This document shows positions 1-10,471 of a stretch of 21,144 nucleotides of DNA, piece by piece. Made by a program: the position numbers and the translations under genes. The stretch's first letter is position 1. Each line of letters opens with the position of its first letter. The notes under the pieces were generated by a model. It was given only the letters and a program-made list of their open reading frames with translations. It ran no database searches and was not told the DNA's origin. This DNA is from Tubiluchus corallicola (taxonomy: Eukaryota > Animalia > Priapulida): positions 1 through 21,144 of the forward strand of contig JAQGDQ010001918.1 in NCBI GenBank assembly GCA_030141605.1, read 5' to 3'.

Positions 1-304
<304 letters not shown>

Positions 305-709
305 ATCTTGACACACTCTTCGTGTTTTATTTTTGTTATTAGTAAAAGGGGTGAGTTCAATTCGAGTGAGTTTTTCTAATCATCACGAATTTTTATCCTT
401 AAAATGTTTGCAAAAGGGTGGGCAATTATAGCACAATTCAACACGATTTGTTTGGACAATTTTTAAACAAACTATCAGTGTTCTTACTGCAGAACAAAAT
501 CAAGCAACGCCCGTGATTTTTTTTAGAAACAGGCTTTTTCATTAATCGGAATTTTTTGAAAATCCTCAACACTGAATTCAAATTCGACTCGGATTCGAAG
601 TCTCGAAATTCGCTTTAGTTCGAACATCAAAAGTTCAATTCGATTCGAATTCACTATCTGATAAAAAATGCTGACCACTTATTAATAAATTATGACTTTT
701 TTAATTTGT

Positions 710-896
710 TATAATAATAATAATAATAATAGTAATAGTAATAGTAATAGTAATAGTAATAGTAATAGTAATAGTAATAGTAATAGTAATAGTAATAGTA
801 ATAGTAATAGTAATAGTAATAGTAATAGTAATAGTAATAGTAATAGTAATAGTAATAGTAATAGTAATAGTAATAGTAATAGTAATAGTAATAGTA

Positions 897-932
<36 letters not shown>

Positions 933-933
933 T
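710..933. repeat. Microsatellite (AAT)n-(AGTAAT)n-(AAT)n
   Basis: Read directly; explains the poly-Y and poly-NS ORFs. Confidence 0.97.
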
Positions 934-959
934 TGATTAATTATTTGCATGTGAATTCG

Positions 960-1155
960 ATTTATCTTGCTTTGCTTCTAACAACCTACAAGTACATAAC
1001 AGAGACTATTATTACCCCAGTTTTACCCTAAATGCCACGCGTCAGGCAGGGCAATAGCAGGCACCATTTTTAAAGTCTTTGGTATGACCCGGCCGCTGGT
1101 TCGAACTCACGACCTCCCAGACGGAAAGCAGACGCATTACCACTAGACTAAACCG
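960..1155 (-). mobile_element. tRNA-derived SINE, central domain resembling MetaSINE
   Basis: Minus strand: A-box-like TAGTCTAGTGG (1150-1140) and B-box GTTCGAACC (1106-1098), then GGTCATACCAAAGACTTTAAAAATGGT, which I recall as the conserved Meta-type SINE core. 3' boundary approximate. Confidence 0.75.
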
Positions 1156-1249
1156 TTTTGTTCTAAGAAAGTGTGAGGTATTGCTTTCGTGCTAAAACCC
1201 AAACAGTCTAAACAGGCTGAGCCAACAGAAAAACAATTTTTGCTTCCGA

Positions 1250-2091
1250 TATCACCTCACATTTACTACAAAACTCTGCATAATTCGACACAGAGACCAC
1301 CTTCCCCAGAGTTGTACATTCACATTCCATGAGGAAGACAGCTCGGCTAAGTTTTAACATAACAAGTGCGAAGAATAGCTTTTTGCTACTGTGATCACCT
1401 CACAATTACTACAAAACTCTGCATAATTCGACACAGAGACCACCTTCCCCAGAGTTGTACATTCACATTCCATGAGGAAGACAGCTCGGCTAAGTTTTAA
1501 CATAACAAGTGCGAAGAATAGCTTTTTGCTACTGTGATCACCTCACAATTACTACAAAACTCTGCATAATTCGACACAGAGACCACCTTCCCCAGAGTTG
1601 TACATTCACATTCCATGAGGAAGACAGCTCGGCTACGTTTTAACATAACAAGTGCGAAGAATAGCTTTTTGCTACTGTGATCACCTCACAATTACTACAA
1701 AACTCTGCATAATTCGACACAGAGACCACCTTCCCCAGTGTTGTACATTCACATTCCATGAGGAAGACAGCTCGGCTAAGTTTTAACATAACAAGTGCGA
1801 AGAATAGCTTTTTGCTACTGTGATCACCTCACAATTACTACAAAACTCTGCATAATTCGACACAGAGACCACCTTCCCCAGAGTTGTACATTCACATTCC
1901 ATGAGGAAGACAGCTCGGCTAAGTTTTAACATAACAAGTGCGAAGAATAGCTTTTTGCTACTGTGATCACCTCACAATTACTACAAAACTCTGCATAATT
2001 CGACACAGAGACCACCTTCCCCAATGTTGTACAGTCACATTCCACGAGGAAGACAGCTCGGCTAAGTTTTAACATAACAAGTGCGAAGAAT
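1250..2091. repeat. Tandem repeat, 143-bp unit, about 5.9 near-identical copies (in ODAD3 intron 4)
   Basis: ATCACCTCAC recurs at 1251, 1394, 1537, 1680, 1823 and 1966. Confidence 0.96.
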
Positions 2092-2213
2092 TCCCGATGA
2101 ATCAAAATATGGAGAAATAAAGTAAAAAAAACCCGCTTTGATTTGAATTTCCAATGTTTCTTTTCACACCGAGTGCTTAATACCAACTAGCATGGCTTCT
2201 AAAATATGCATAC

Positions 2214-2390
2214 CATGGCTTCGGGGTCGCTCTTGCTGTAAATTTGCTCGTCTTTAACCTGTCGTTCCACGTCACTAGACTGTTTGTTTAGCTCGTTGAG
2301 TTTCTTCTGCTTGACATCGTACTCATGGTTGAGAGCGTTCAGTTTCTTCTTGACATCGTAAACTTTTTCATCCACGGCTGCAATTGCTTG
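2214..2390 (-). CDS. ODAD3: ODAD3/CCDC151 coding exon 4 (177 nt; QAIAAVDEKVYDVKKKLNALNHEYDVKQKKLNELNKQSSDVERQVKDEQIYSKSDPEAM)
   Basis: tttcag acceptor and GTATGC donor, phase 0/0. Coiled-coil peptide matching recalled human [23 protein letters not shown]. Later exons were not found in the window. Confidence 0.85.
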
Positions 2391-2738
2391 CTGAAATTGA
2401 AATTTAACTGAATCTACAAGGGTGTGGCAGGACAGGAATTTAGTTCGTTATTAATGATAATCTTTAAGAGTGTTCAACTTCTTCTTGACATCGTAAACTT
2501 TTTCATCCACGGCTGCAATTGCTTGCTGAAATTGAAATTTAACTGAATGTACAAGGGTGTGGCAGGACAGGAATTTAGTTCGTTATTAACGATAATCTTT
2601 AAGAGCGTTCAGCTTCTTCTTGACATCGTAAACTTTTTCATCCACGGCTGCAATTGCTTGCTGAAATTGAAATTTAACTGAATGTACAAGGGTGTGGCAG
2701 GACAGTAATTTAGTTCATTATTAATGATAATCCTTTAA
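2332..2738. repeat. 135-bp tandem triplication spanning the intron 3/exon 4 junction of ODAD3
   Basis: TGACATCGTA at 2351, 2486 and 2621. Each unit contains the acceptor AG (2391-2, 2526-7, 2661-2) plus about 59 nt of exon. Confidence 0.95.
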
Positions 2739-3678
2739 GAAAAGACACTTGACTTACAGTGGAACTTGGGTGATGCACGGCCATGTTTTGATTCATGTAC
2801 ATCTTCCAATAAATTAGTAAATAAATAACTGCAGAAAAAAAGAGACAGCTTTTCTGTCAGTCATCTCTCCGCTTACTGACCAGGCTCAGTGCTGCTTAGT
2901 CTAACTTTGGTGTCACTGTTAAAGGACAAGAAAAGAGGTACCTGAAGTAGGTTTGAGAAAAATCACTTTATAGCAATTTTATGCGTATATTTTACTCACG
3001 CTGAAAGGAATTTTAGTTCGTTTTCATTTTAAATCTCCCGCAATACTGTTCCGAAGTCGCTATTACATGACGTCATGTGCCAAACGTAAATGAAGGGAAG
3101 AAAAGGCAATGTTAAATTATGTCTCAAAAGACTTTCCGTGCAAATCTATATTACTTAGATTTTTGCTTACCTACTAGAAAGACTTATGTAACTAGAAAAG
3201 AAAATTATTAATTATTTAAAATGTTTTCACCAGTTGGTAAAATGTCGCTGACTCACCCTCCAGGGTGCACCACTCACTAACCAAAAAACATATTTTAATC
3301 TTATTGACAAGATACAGTAATTTAAAATTTTACGTAGTTAGTGACTTGTGCGCTACGAATGCTCTGATTATTTTTTCAAACTTTACGAAATGTTGTCTAA
3401 ACTTGTTTCAAATGACCTGTCGTCAGAATGACTGCGTCTAATGGTCATCGCGGGAGTTTAAATTTACATTTTTTATACAGCGTGACTACCGATTAAAGTC
3501 CAGTATGTAAAAAGGCAGTGTGTAAACGAATTTTTTAAACTATATGCATATGGAGGGTTTTCTAGTGCCACAAGTCTGATTATTCCTTTTCACCAAAGTC
3601 AACGTCTCAGTTTCATTTTCTTGTTATTCTCTGTTTCAAATTCACAAGACAGACAGTATTTTATGCCATTGTCTAGAC

Positions 3679-4165
3679 CAGTGGTTCTTAACCTGGGTTC
3701 AATCGAACCCTAGGGGTTCGGTGAGTCGATCTCAGGGGTTCGGCAGAGCCTCCGCCATGGAGGTCCGGACACACTTGAATTATCGTGTAAATTCGTGATG
3801 AAACACACGCCCCGCTTGGCCATCACTGGCTGCAGATGATCATGCTACACTGCTTGGCCAATCAGCGCTGCGGGCAATTTAGTGCGCGCTCAGTGGTCAA
3901 CGTGTGACTGTCGTTGTAGTACGTCGTGTGATTTCTTTAATATTTCATCCATACTAACTATGTCGGGCAAAAGAAGATAGTGGTCGGATGAATATGTACA
4001 ACATGGATTCTCATGTATCACGGAACGTGATGGGAGTGACAGTGCATGATATGCAATGCCAAGTTGAGCAACTCTAGTCCTGCAGTTTTCACTAAAGAGG
4101 GGTTCGGTGAATGCGCATATGAAACTGGTGGGGTTCGGTACCTCCGACATGGTTAAGAACCACTG
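3679..4165 (+). mobile_element. Internally deleted hAT (Charlie/Buster-type) transposon
   Basis: TIRs CAGTGGTTCTTAACC/GGTTAAGAACCACTG; perfect 8-bp TSD GTCTAGAC. Decayed transposase N-terminus from 3960: MSGKRR*WSDEYVQHGFSCITERDGS, frameshift, QCMICNAKLSNSS. Confidence 0.93.
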
Positions 4166-4201
4166 GTCTAGACTGTAATCACATGAGTAATTCAATGTCA
4201 T

Positions 4202-4651
4202 CAGCGGCGGATTATGATTTTATGGGCCTTAGGCTTGAGCTTGGAACGGGCCTTTTAAATGTTGCTACACTGCTGAGCTGACGTGTTTTTGTGGAGCTCT
4301 CGTCGTTTGTAAAAGATGACAAATTAAACAATTTATCACTGATGCATATTGAGTCAGATATGTTGAAAAAAATGCACTTTTCAGAAATTAAAACTGACTT
4401 TGCCCCCAGAAAAATTCGGAAACTGAAATTTCGAACTTAAACTGTGTAAACGTGAATTGTGTAAACCCGATTTGAAATATAGTGACTGACTTTTGAAAAA
4501 AAACTTTTTTCTATATTTTATTTTGGCGGTCTCCTTGCTCCTTTGTCAATTTATTTTTTTTACAAAAAAAAATTTTTTTTTGCGTTTTATTTTGCCATGC
4601 CCCTTTTGATCCCGGGCCTTAGGCTTCAGCCTATAGGGCTATCCGCTACAG
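4202..4651 (+). mobile_element. hAT (Tip100/ZMYM1-like) deletion derivative
   Basis: Imperfect TIRs CAGCGGCGGAT/ATCCGCTACAG; TSD AATGTCAT/AATGTCGT. 4312-4440 encodes KDDKLNNLSLMHIESDMLKKMHFSEIKTDFAPRKIRKLKFRT*, typical of the hATC-region C-terminus. Confidence 0.8.
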
Positions 4652-4770
4652 AATGTCGTGTCAGTAACTTTAAATGGTAGCTAGTTATGTCTACCAGAAA
4701 TCATAGTATACAACAGTTTCACCAATCTGTAGTAGAAGCAAATATTACTAATCACAGATAAAAGACAAAC

Positions 4771-4848
4771 CTGGCTATTCTTCTGTTTTGTTGCCGCATC
4801 ATCTTGGCCCCAAGTTCTAAATGCTTGTTTGGTTACTTTGTGGTCACC
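4771..4848 (-). CDS. ODAD3: ODAD3/CCDC151 coding exon 3 (78 nt; GDHKVTKQAFRTWGQDDAATKQKNSQ)
   Basis: tacag acceptor and GTTTGT donor, phase 0/0. Aligns to recalled human [26 protein letters not shown] (same length). Confidence 0.85.
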
Positions 4849-4989
4849 CTGTACGTAAAATACGAGTTTCGTTGTAAATAAAATTGTGGATGCATTTTGC
4901 ACAAAAAGACCTCAATTTTAAACATCTGTAATTTTGAAACACACTTCAGCATGGAGAGTTACGATTAGTTAATGGTCATTCTTTGAAAT

Positions 4990-5575
4990 CATCTCATAAT
5001 ACAAAGAAATATTCTGCCACTTCTTTAAGAAACTCCATGAAAATCCCGATATTAGAAGTCCACAGAGATTATCAAACTCTCCTGTTTCTCTATAAATATA
5101 TCAACAATATTAAGTCTCCTTTCAAAAACACTTCTTGAAAACACCCAGTATGAATAACAGAACACTAAATTTAAGAAACATTAGAACGAACAACCAATAT
5201 GGAAAGAATTCCATTACTAAGCAAGCAATACAACTTTGGAATTCATTACTGACATCACTAAAACACAGCAGCTCTTTATCAATATTCAAGTCTAAATTAA
5301 AAAAAAACATTTAATGACTCGTTTTGAATATCTGACATACGACCACGATGATACTTACTCAAATCATAGTTTCGTTTTTCCAAGACCTTACTAAACTAGT
5401 TTATATTTTATTTTTGAATTTCTAGTTGCACTTATAGTTTAGCTTGCACCAGATGCATTTGCCCAGAACAGTGTATGTTTTTTATATGAACTAACACTGA
5501 TTGTCTGTCTTTTATTATGATGGTCAATGTTTTTAAAATGGCAAATAAAGATTTTACTATTACTACTACTACTAG
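4990..5575 (+). mobile_element. 3' fragment of L2/CR1-group LINE
   Basis: 5150-5314 reads MNNRTLNLRNIRTNNQYGKNSITKQAIQLWNSLLTSLKHSSSLSIFKSKLKKNI*, the typical ORF2 C-terminal motif (RT..G..WNSL..S...FK.KLK). AATAAA and a (TAC)n tail near 5545-5573. Bounds approximate. Confidence 0.7.
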
Positions 5576-5844
5576 TTGCAAAGCACAGTAGATTTGGAGG
5601 CAGAACGTGGTTAGTGTAATGACATTGTACGACTGAAACATCGAATGGCAGAAGAGCATGGGATGCTATTAATATTTTCGAAACACGACTAGATTGCTAT
5701 TCACAAAAATAAAACATAATGCATTTTAATTCTTTCACTACAGAAGCTGGCACTTTACCGCCTATGTTTTTCATGCAAGGGATGGAAGGCAGTAGACTAC
5801 TGCACAAGTTCAGCATTAAGTAAGTGCAGTGACTGCATGTCGCA

Positions 5845-6459
5845 CAGGGGCGGAACTAGATGTGGCAAGCAGGGGGGGGGGCACAAAAATTTTCTGGGAG
5901 GGCGAAGCAACCGAAGTGGTTAAATAATAGTTAAGCCAATTTTTAACCCCTTTTATACTGCATGCAGGTCTATAATTAGCGGACAGAGTAATAATGAGAA
6001 AATTAACTCTCAGTTAACCTAACGTTACTAATGTGCCTCTAACTAAATTGTTATTTACAGAAATTTATCACACACAAGTTTTAAGAAAATAATACGTAGG
6101 AAATAATGTCAAAATGAAATGTGGAACGATTCTTCCTTGGACAAAAAAGTCTAAAGTTTTAAAAAAGTCTCAAATTTCAGCATGGTACCGCTGCTACACC
6201 AGCATCCTATAGCTGTGCACTCAGACCTGTTGGCCTGTGTGTAGAGCCTGTGACTGTGTGTGGTCCCAGTAGACCTACACTGTGATAGGCACCTCTATGC
6301 ACACTGAGTTTTGTCTGCACGCACACTGAAGCTACCAAACATTTTTTTACCTAATTCTAATTCATATTGAAAATGATTACATGCGAACTGCAATTTTCAC
6401 TGCAAAATAAATTATTTGTCCGATTTTGCACCCCTCGCTCCCCCCTAGTTCCGCCCCTG
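5845..6459. mobile_element. MITE with 15-bp perfect TIR (hAT-Tip100- or Harbinger-like)
   Basis: CAGGGGCGGAACTAG ... CTAGTTCCGCCCCTG. No clean TSD, so the superfamily is uncertain. Ends about 15 bp from the exon 2 donor. Confidence 0.75.
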
Positions 6460-6474
6460 AAATGTTGGATATAC

Positions 6475-6596
6475 CGCATGCTCAGAAGCATTTTCTCGTC
6501 TCAAATCCTTCAATTCTCCTTTGAGTGAGCTTATAAGTTCCCTGTTCTTTCGAATTGTTGCTTCTGACGACTCATACACAGATTTCCGATCAGCAT
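6475..6596 (-). CDS. ODAD3: ODAD3/CCDC151 coding exon 2 (122 nt; (D)ADRKSVYESSEATIRKNRELISSLKGELKDLRRENASEHA)
   Basis: tttcag acceptor (phase 1) and GTATAT donor (phase 0). Matches recalled human [28 protein letters not shown]. Confidence 0.9.
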
Positions 6597-6683
6597 CTGA
6601 AAATAGCAGTAGTTCAGTAACAGCCAAGAAACTAAATTGTGACAAAATAGTAATGAAAAAATAGTAAAATTACTACTAGAAAC

Positions 6684-6780
6684 CTAGTAAATAAAGTTTC
6701 CGCTGCAAATCTGCGCATTTTTCTTGCAAAGCTTGCTGCAGGAGTGATTTTGAAGTCTGTAGCTTAATTCCAAACGCCAT
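6684..6780 (-). CDS. ODAD3: ODAD3/CCDC151 coding exon 1 (97 nt; MAFGIKLQTSKSLLQQALQEKCADLQRKLYLL)
   Basis: ATG at 6780 and G|GTTTCT phase-1 donor, joining exon 2 in frame over an 87-nt intron. ADLQRKLYLL matches recalled AELQRKIQLL. Confidence 0.87.
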
Positions 6781-6864
6781 TTAGTAAAATTTTGGCTTTA
6801 AACCAGGAAACTGATATCAATCACATTTTTCAGTTTTCAGTTTTCACACGTGACAGCTTTACAT

Positions 6865-6878
6865 GCTGCCATAGTAAC
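6865..6878 (-). promoter_or_regulatory. Putative RFX X-box upstream of ODAD3
   Basis: GTTACTATGGCAGC, close to the GTTNCCATGGNAAC consensus, 85-98 bp upstream of the ATG of a motile-cilia gene. E-box CACGTG at 6847-6852. Confidence 0.6.
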
Positions 6879-7692
6879 CGGAACGTCATGTAAAATCATT
6901 CCTTGGTTTAATATTTTCTGCGGACGTACTAAGTATGACGCGTTTCGCAATTCTAAATGCAGTACAAACATCAGAGTGTCTAAAAATTACAATTATTTAA
7001 TAATTTTAATTTTAAATTATTATAATGTTCGTTTATATGTAAATGCGTTTTCAACTATTTCAGCTCTGTTCTCGATTCAAAACGTGTTTACGAATTTGCG
7101 TCTAAATGAGTAACAAATGCAGGAGTAGTTTCGTCATATTGTACAGCGTGATGCCGTAATGTATGTGGGATTTTCTGGCTTCTTGCTTTTGTGGTTTGCG
7201 TAATAAAATAGTTACAAATTTGAAACCAGTGCTTTAGTTAGAGACGAGACCAAAACGACTGCAGTAAATAATAAGCAAGAGTCTCTTTAGCTTAAAGGTA
7301 TTGAAATTTTGGGCCGTGGTGCTAAGTTAGATTGTGACCTGGCGTGGCACCTGTTTATGCCATAATGACATTAATGTTAGTTACTAGTAATGTAGTACTA
7401 CTAGTAGTATTAGATTTATAAAAAATAGAGATATCGTGTTATATACTCTTTGCGGCTTTGACTACGGTTATAGTATAAGCCTGTAGTCTAGTGTGATAAA
7501 ACATTACTTCTTTCGGAGAAGCACACGATCTGAATAGTAAATTGTTTTGAAAAAATATCCTGAATTATCTGGAAAAGTCTCCCATATCCTTAACGTCATC
7601 ATTTCTTCAGAGATTCTTCACGCTTCTTCGGTAGTCTTTTAGTACCAAAAAAAGCAGCAAAATCTCTCAGAAAACACATTTTCTTAATGATA

Positions 7693-8943
7693 CAGTAGGC
7701 GCCGCTTATTAAACTCACAGTTAATAGACTCATTCGCTTAATTGACTCAAAAGCACTTGGAATGGCCGCTCCTATTCAAATGTATATAAAAACTGTTGGT
7801 AATTGACTCAAGTAACTCCACATGATTGACTCAATATTTCTACTTTACGCTTGTAGGACACTTTTGTCCACCCACGGAGTTTTTACTGACTTTATGTCAT
7901 CTTTAAAACTCTTTTGTGCACTGTAATATCCGTAGAAACAGTCACTTTAACTACTGCTTTGTTTTAAGTAAGTACGGAATGTTTATCATATGCATTAATA
8001 TGTTAGCCTAGCGGTTTCGCTCTGAATCTGTCACCCGCTTATCCACTGCTGTTGTTTGTAACTTCGTTGTTTCTGGAAGCTAAATGTTTAATCACTTGCC
8101 CAGCGGTTTCCTTTGAAGCTCCTGCTGTTTTTCACAAAGTCATCACCAACTGCAGCTCAGGTACCTTCTGACTAGGTGTCGTCGTCATCTTCACCATCAT
8201 CATCATCATTGTCGGCGTCATCCTCATCATCATCATTACCTGGCATTAGTTTTAAGCGAGATTTTGCCCACTTGCGACGATCATCTGTAGTAAGAATTCC
8301 CACGGGATCAGGAGCAGCATCTTCCTCAGCTGCCAGCTTTGTTATCCTCCTCAGTTGAGTGTCGAGATTGTCCTCACTCAGCCTCTTGAAGTTCGCCACA
8401 ACATCCGTAACCAGTCTGTACAATGTCTGTAAATTTAATTGATTGCTACTAAAGTTAATTAACGGCAACCGAACACATTACTATGCGCAGCATACAGCAA
8501 TGTAGATTTCAATGTTTTTATCACTATGAGAATTTCATAAACCAACTTCTTGAAGAAATGAAGCAACTGATCTTGCATGATTTTTTGTGATTTTTAATGG
8601 TTATAATCAGATTTTTTTTTCTTTTTTTAATTAACTTATATAAATTATGCTTCTTAAATAATTGCACATGTGTATTTCTGACATTAATTCGTTTCTAAAG
8701 TTCATTCAAAGCGTTTGCAATACATACTAAAATGAGAGTAACGACTCATACAGTTTGTATAGCAGACTAAATTCTGTATAAATTGTTAACTTGCATAAGC
8801 TTTGCAATGCATACTAAGGTGATGAGCGATCACTCATGCTTGTGTAGTAGTAATATACTAAACCCATCGGCTAATTGATTCAGTCGGTTAATTGGGTCAA
8901 AGCACTTCCATCCCAAAGTGAGTCTATTAAGCGGCGCCTACTG
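7693..8943 (+). mobile_element. Non-autonomous pogo/Tigger (Tc1-mariner) element carrying a host gene fragment
   Basis: TIRs CAGTAGGCGCCGCTTA/TAAGCGGCGCCTACTG, TA on both flanks, and subterminal TAATTGACTCA-like repeats at both ends. Residual C-terminal motif MKQLILHDFL* (8558-8590) resembles the KQxxIxDFF end of pogo/Tigger transposases. Confidence 0.9.
8240..8405 (-). pseudogene. CHAT: Captured choline O-acetyltransferase (ChAT) exon fragment with its 5' splice site
   Basis: DVVANFKRLSEDNLDTQLRRITKLAAEEDAAPDPVGILTTDDRRKWAKSRLKLMP aligns without gaps to recalled human ChAT [55 protein letters not shown] (about 29/55 identical by hand). Ends G|GTAATG (phase 1), followed by (GAT)n. Confidence 0.85.
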
Positions 8944-9714
8944 TAGTAATAAAAACATATTTAAAAATGCATCTATTGACAAAACTATGCATTGATTTTC
9001 CAAATAGGTTCGTGAATGCACACTTCGTATGTTTAGCATTACTTCCAACTCTTATGGGTTAGCTTACGTGCTGTGCTGTGTAATTTCAAAAACATTTTAC
9101 TATCTAATAAGGGCTAGCAATTATGTTACAGACAAAAGCAGTTTTTTCACATTTTTCTTACCTGTCTTGTCTCATATATTTTGAATTATGTAATTTTTAA
9201 TCAACTACTAGCTCATGGACTGCTGTATCATGTAAATGTGCCATTTGTAAATTCAGCGAACTTCCCAATTTTGTTGCGTCGTAATTAAATGCTGAAATAA
9301 TGGCAGAAAATTTTTTATTGACCTAGATAGCTTTTTGTGTAAATTTTAGAAAATGTTACTGCCTACAATTTTTTACTGTCTCAACTTTTACTGTCTTCAT
9401 ATAGTTTTCATTTTTCTTGTACCAATACCCCTGGTGGCATCCAAAAGACTTAAGAAGTACATATTATTTCCATGTTATCGCTCATATACATTATGTTTGA
9501 TATCGGTTTACGAGCTTTAAGCTCATGTTTCTACAAATATGTACTGTTTATATCATACCGATGAAAATAAATATGATCTTATCTTAACAGATGATGAATT
9601 AGAATGGATGATCTAACAAATTAAACTGATAATTTGATATTATTAATAAAATAATATTACTGATAAACTGATAATTATTAACCTGCAAGGTGTACGTCCA
9701 CGTTTCGGTTGTGT

Positions 9715-10190
9715 TTAAGTTTATTTAGTTTAGTTTATTATTATTATCACGTTCAGTACAATATAATGACATTAAGCACACAGTGACATCAAAATTATTA
9801 CATCTACTGTATTAAATTTTCATGTTTCATACACTATCGTTATCATAAAAGAATAATTGTACTGCAGTGGGCTAGAGAAGCAAAGGCTTGTATAAGCCCG
9901 CTGCCATGTGAACCCGATAAAAAGGAATGGATGAGTGAATGAGTGAACAAAAAAAAAGAACTGGGAGAAAGGTTAGATCACACAGGAAGGGTAGAAGGAT
10001 GTGTTAGTGGTAGGAAGAAAGATAATAGATTGCGCTACGTTGACATCAGCTCTAAAGACTTATCAACGATGATGCCTTGTTTTGCACAATCTGTACCAGG
10101 ATTGTGGTATGACTGCTGCAGTAGGTATAGGATATTAGGAAGTGTTGTACCTGTTGAGAATCATTGCTCTGTATTTCTTTTTAAATTTTG
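9715..10190 (-). mobile_element. Probable 3' end of an L2/CR1-type LINE
   Basis: Minus strand: stem-loop-like GCAGCGGGCTTATACAAGCCTTTGCTTCTCTAGCCCACTGC, AT-rich UTR and (AAT/AAACT)n tail near 9715-9748. Coding remnant weak. Confidence 0.45.
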
Positions 10191-10386
10191 AATTTGCTGA
10201 ACAGTTTTTTAATTCATTATTTATGTCATTCCATTCATTCATTCATTTGCAGGAATGGTCCATCCTTCATGTACTCATAAAGTAAAGTAGATGGCATGTA
10301 TCTTGCAGCCGTATGATGAAACTATTAATTGATCACATGATCAATGTCACCAAACTAAGCCAATAGGTTAACTAGCAGAAGATACG

Positions 10387-10471
10387 ATGGAAGCGCTTAT
10401 CAAGCAACTGGCAAAAGAAGCTTCCGGAAATAAATTTTCCAACATTCGCAAGGCCAGCTTGGAAGCGTGTG
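10387..10471 (+). CDS. ARFGEF3: ARFGEF3/BIG3 coding exon 1 (85 nt; MEALIKQLAKEASGNKFSNIRKASLEAC)
   Basis: Matches recalled human MEEILRKLQKEASGSKYKAIKESCTWAL. Phase-1 donor G|GTTTGT. Confidence 0.88.

Noticed and set aside
345-660. Degenerate MITE with TTCGA-rich ends
   Set aside because: Terminal match too weak and no TSD.
690-950. Poly-Tyr and poly-Asn/Ser ORFs
   Set aside because: Translations of the (AGTAAT)n microsatellite.
1085-1155. tRNA gene
   Set aside because: A and B boxes are present, but there is no convincing cloverleaf and it continues into a SINE core.
2919-3600. Possible Kolobok-like element starting TTAAAGGACAAG
   Set aside because: No matching right terminus or TTAA TSD found.
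8172-8468. Standalone 98-aa gene with an acidic tail
   Set aside because: Starts at TTG. The acidic tail is read-through of a (GAT)n tract after the splice donor; only 8240-8405 is ChAT-like.
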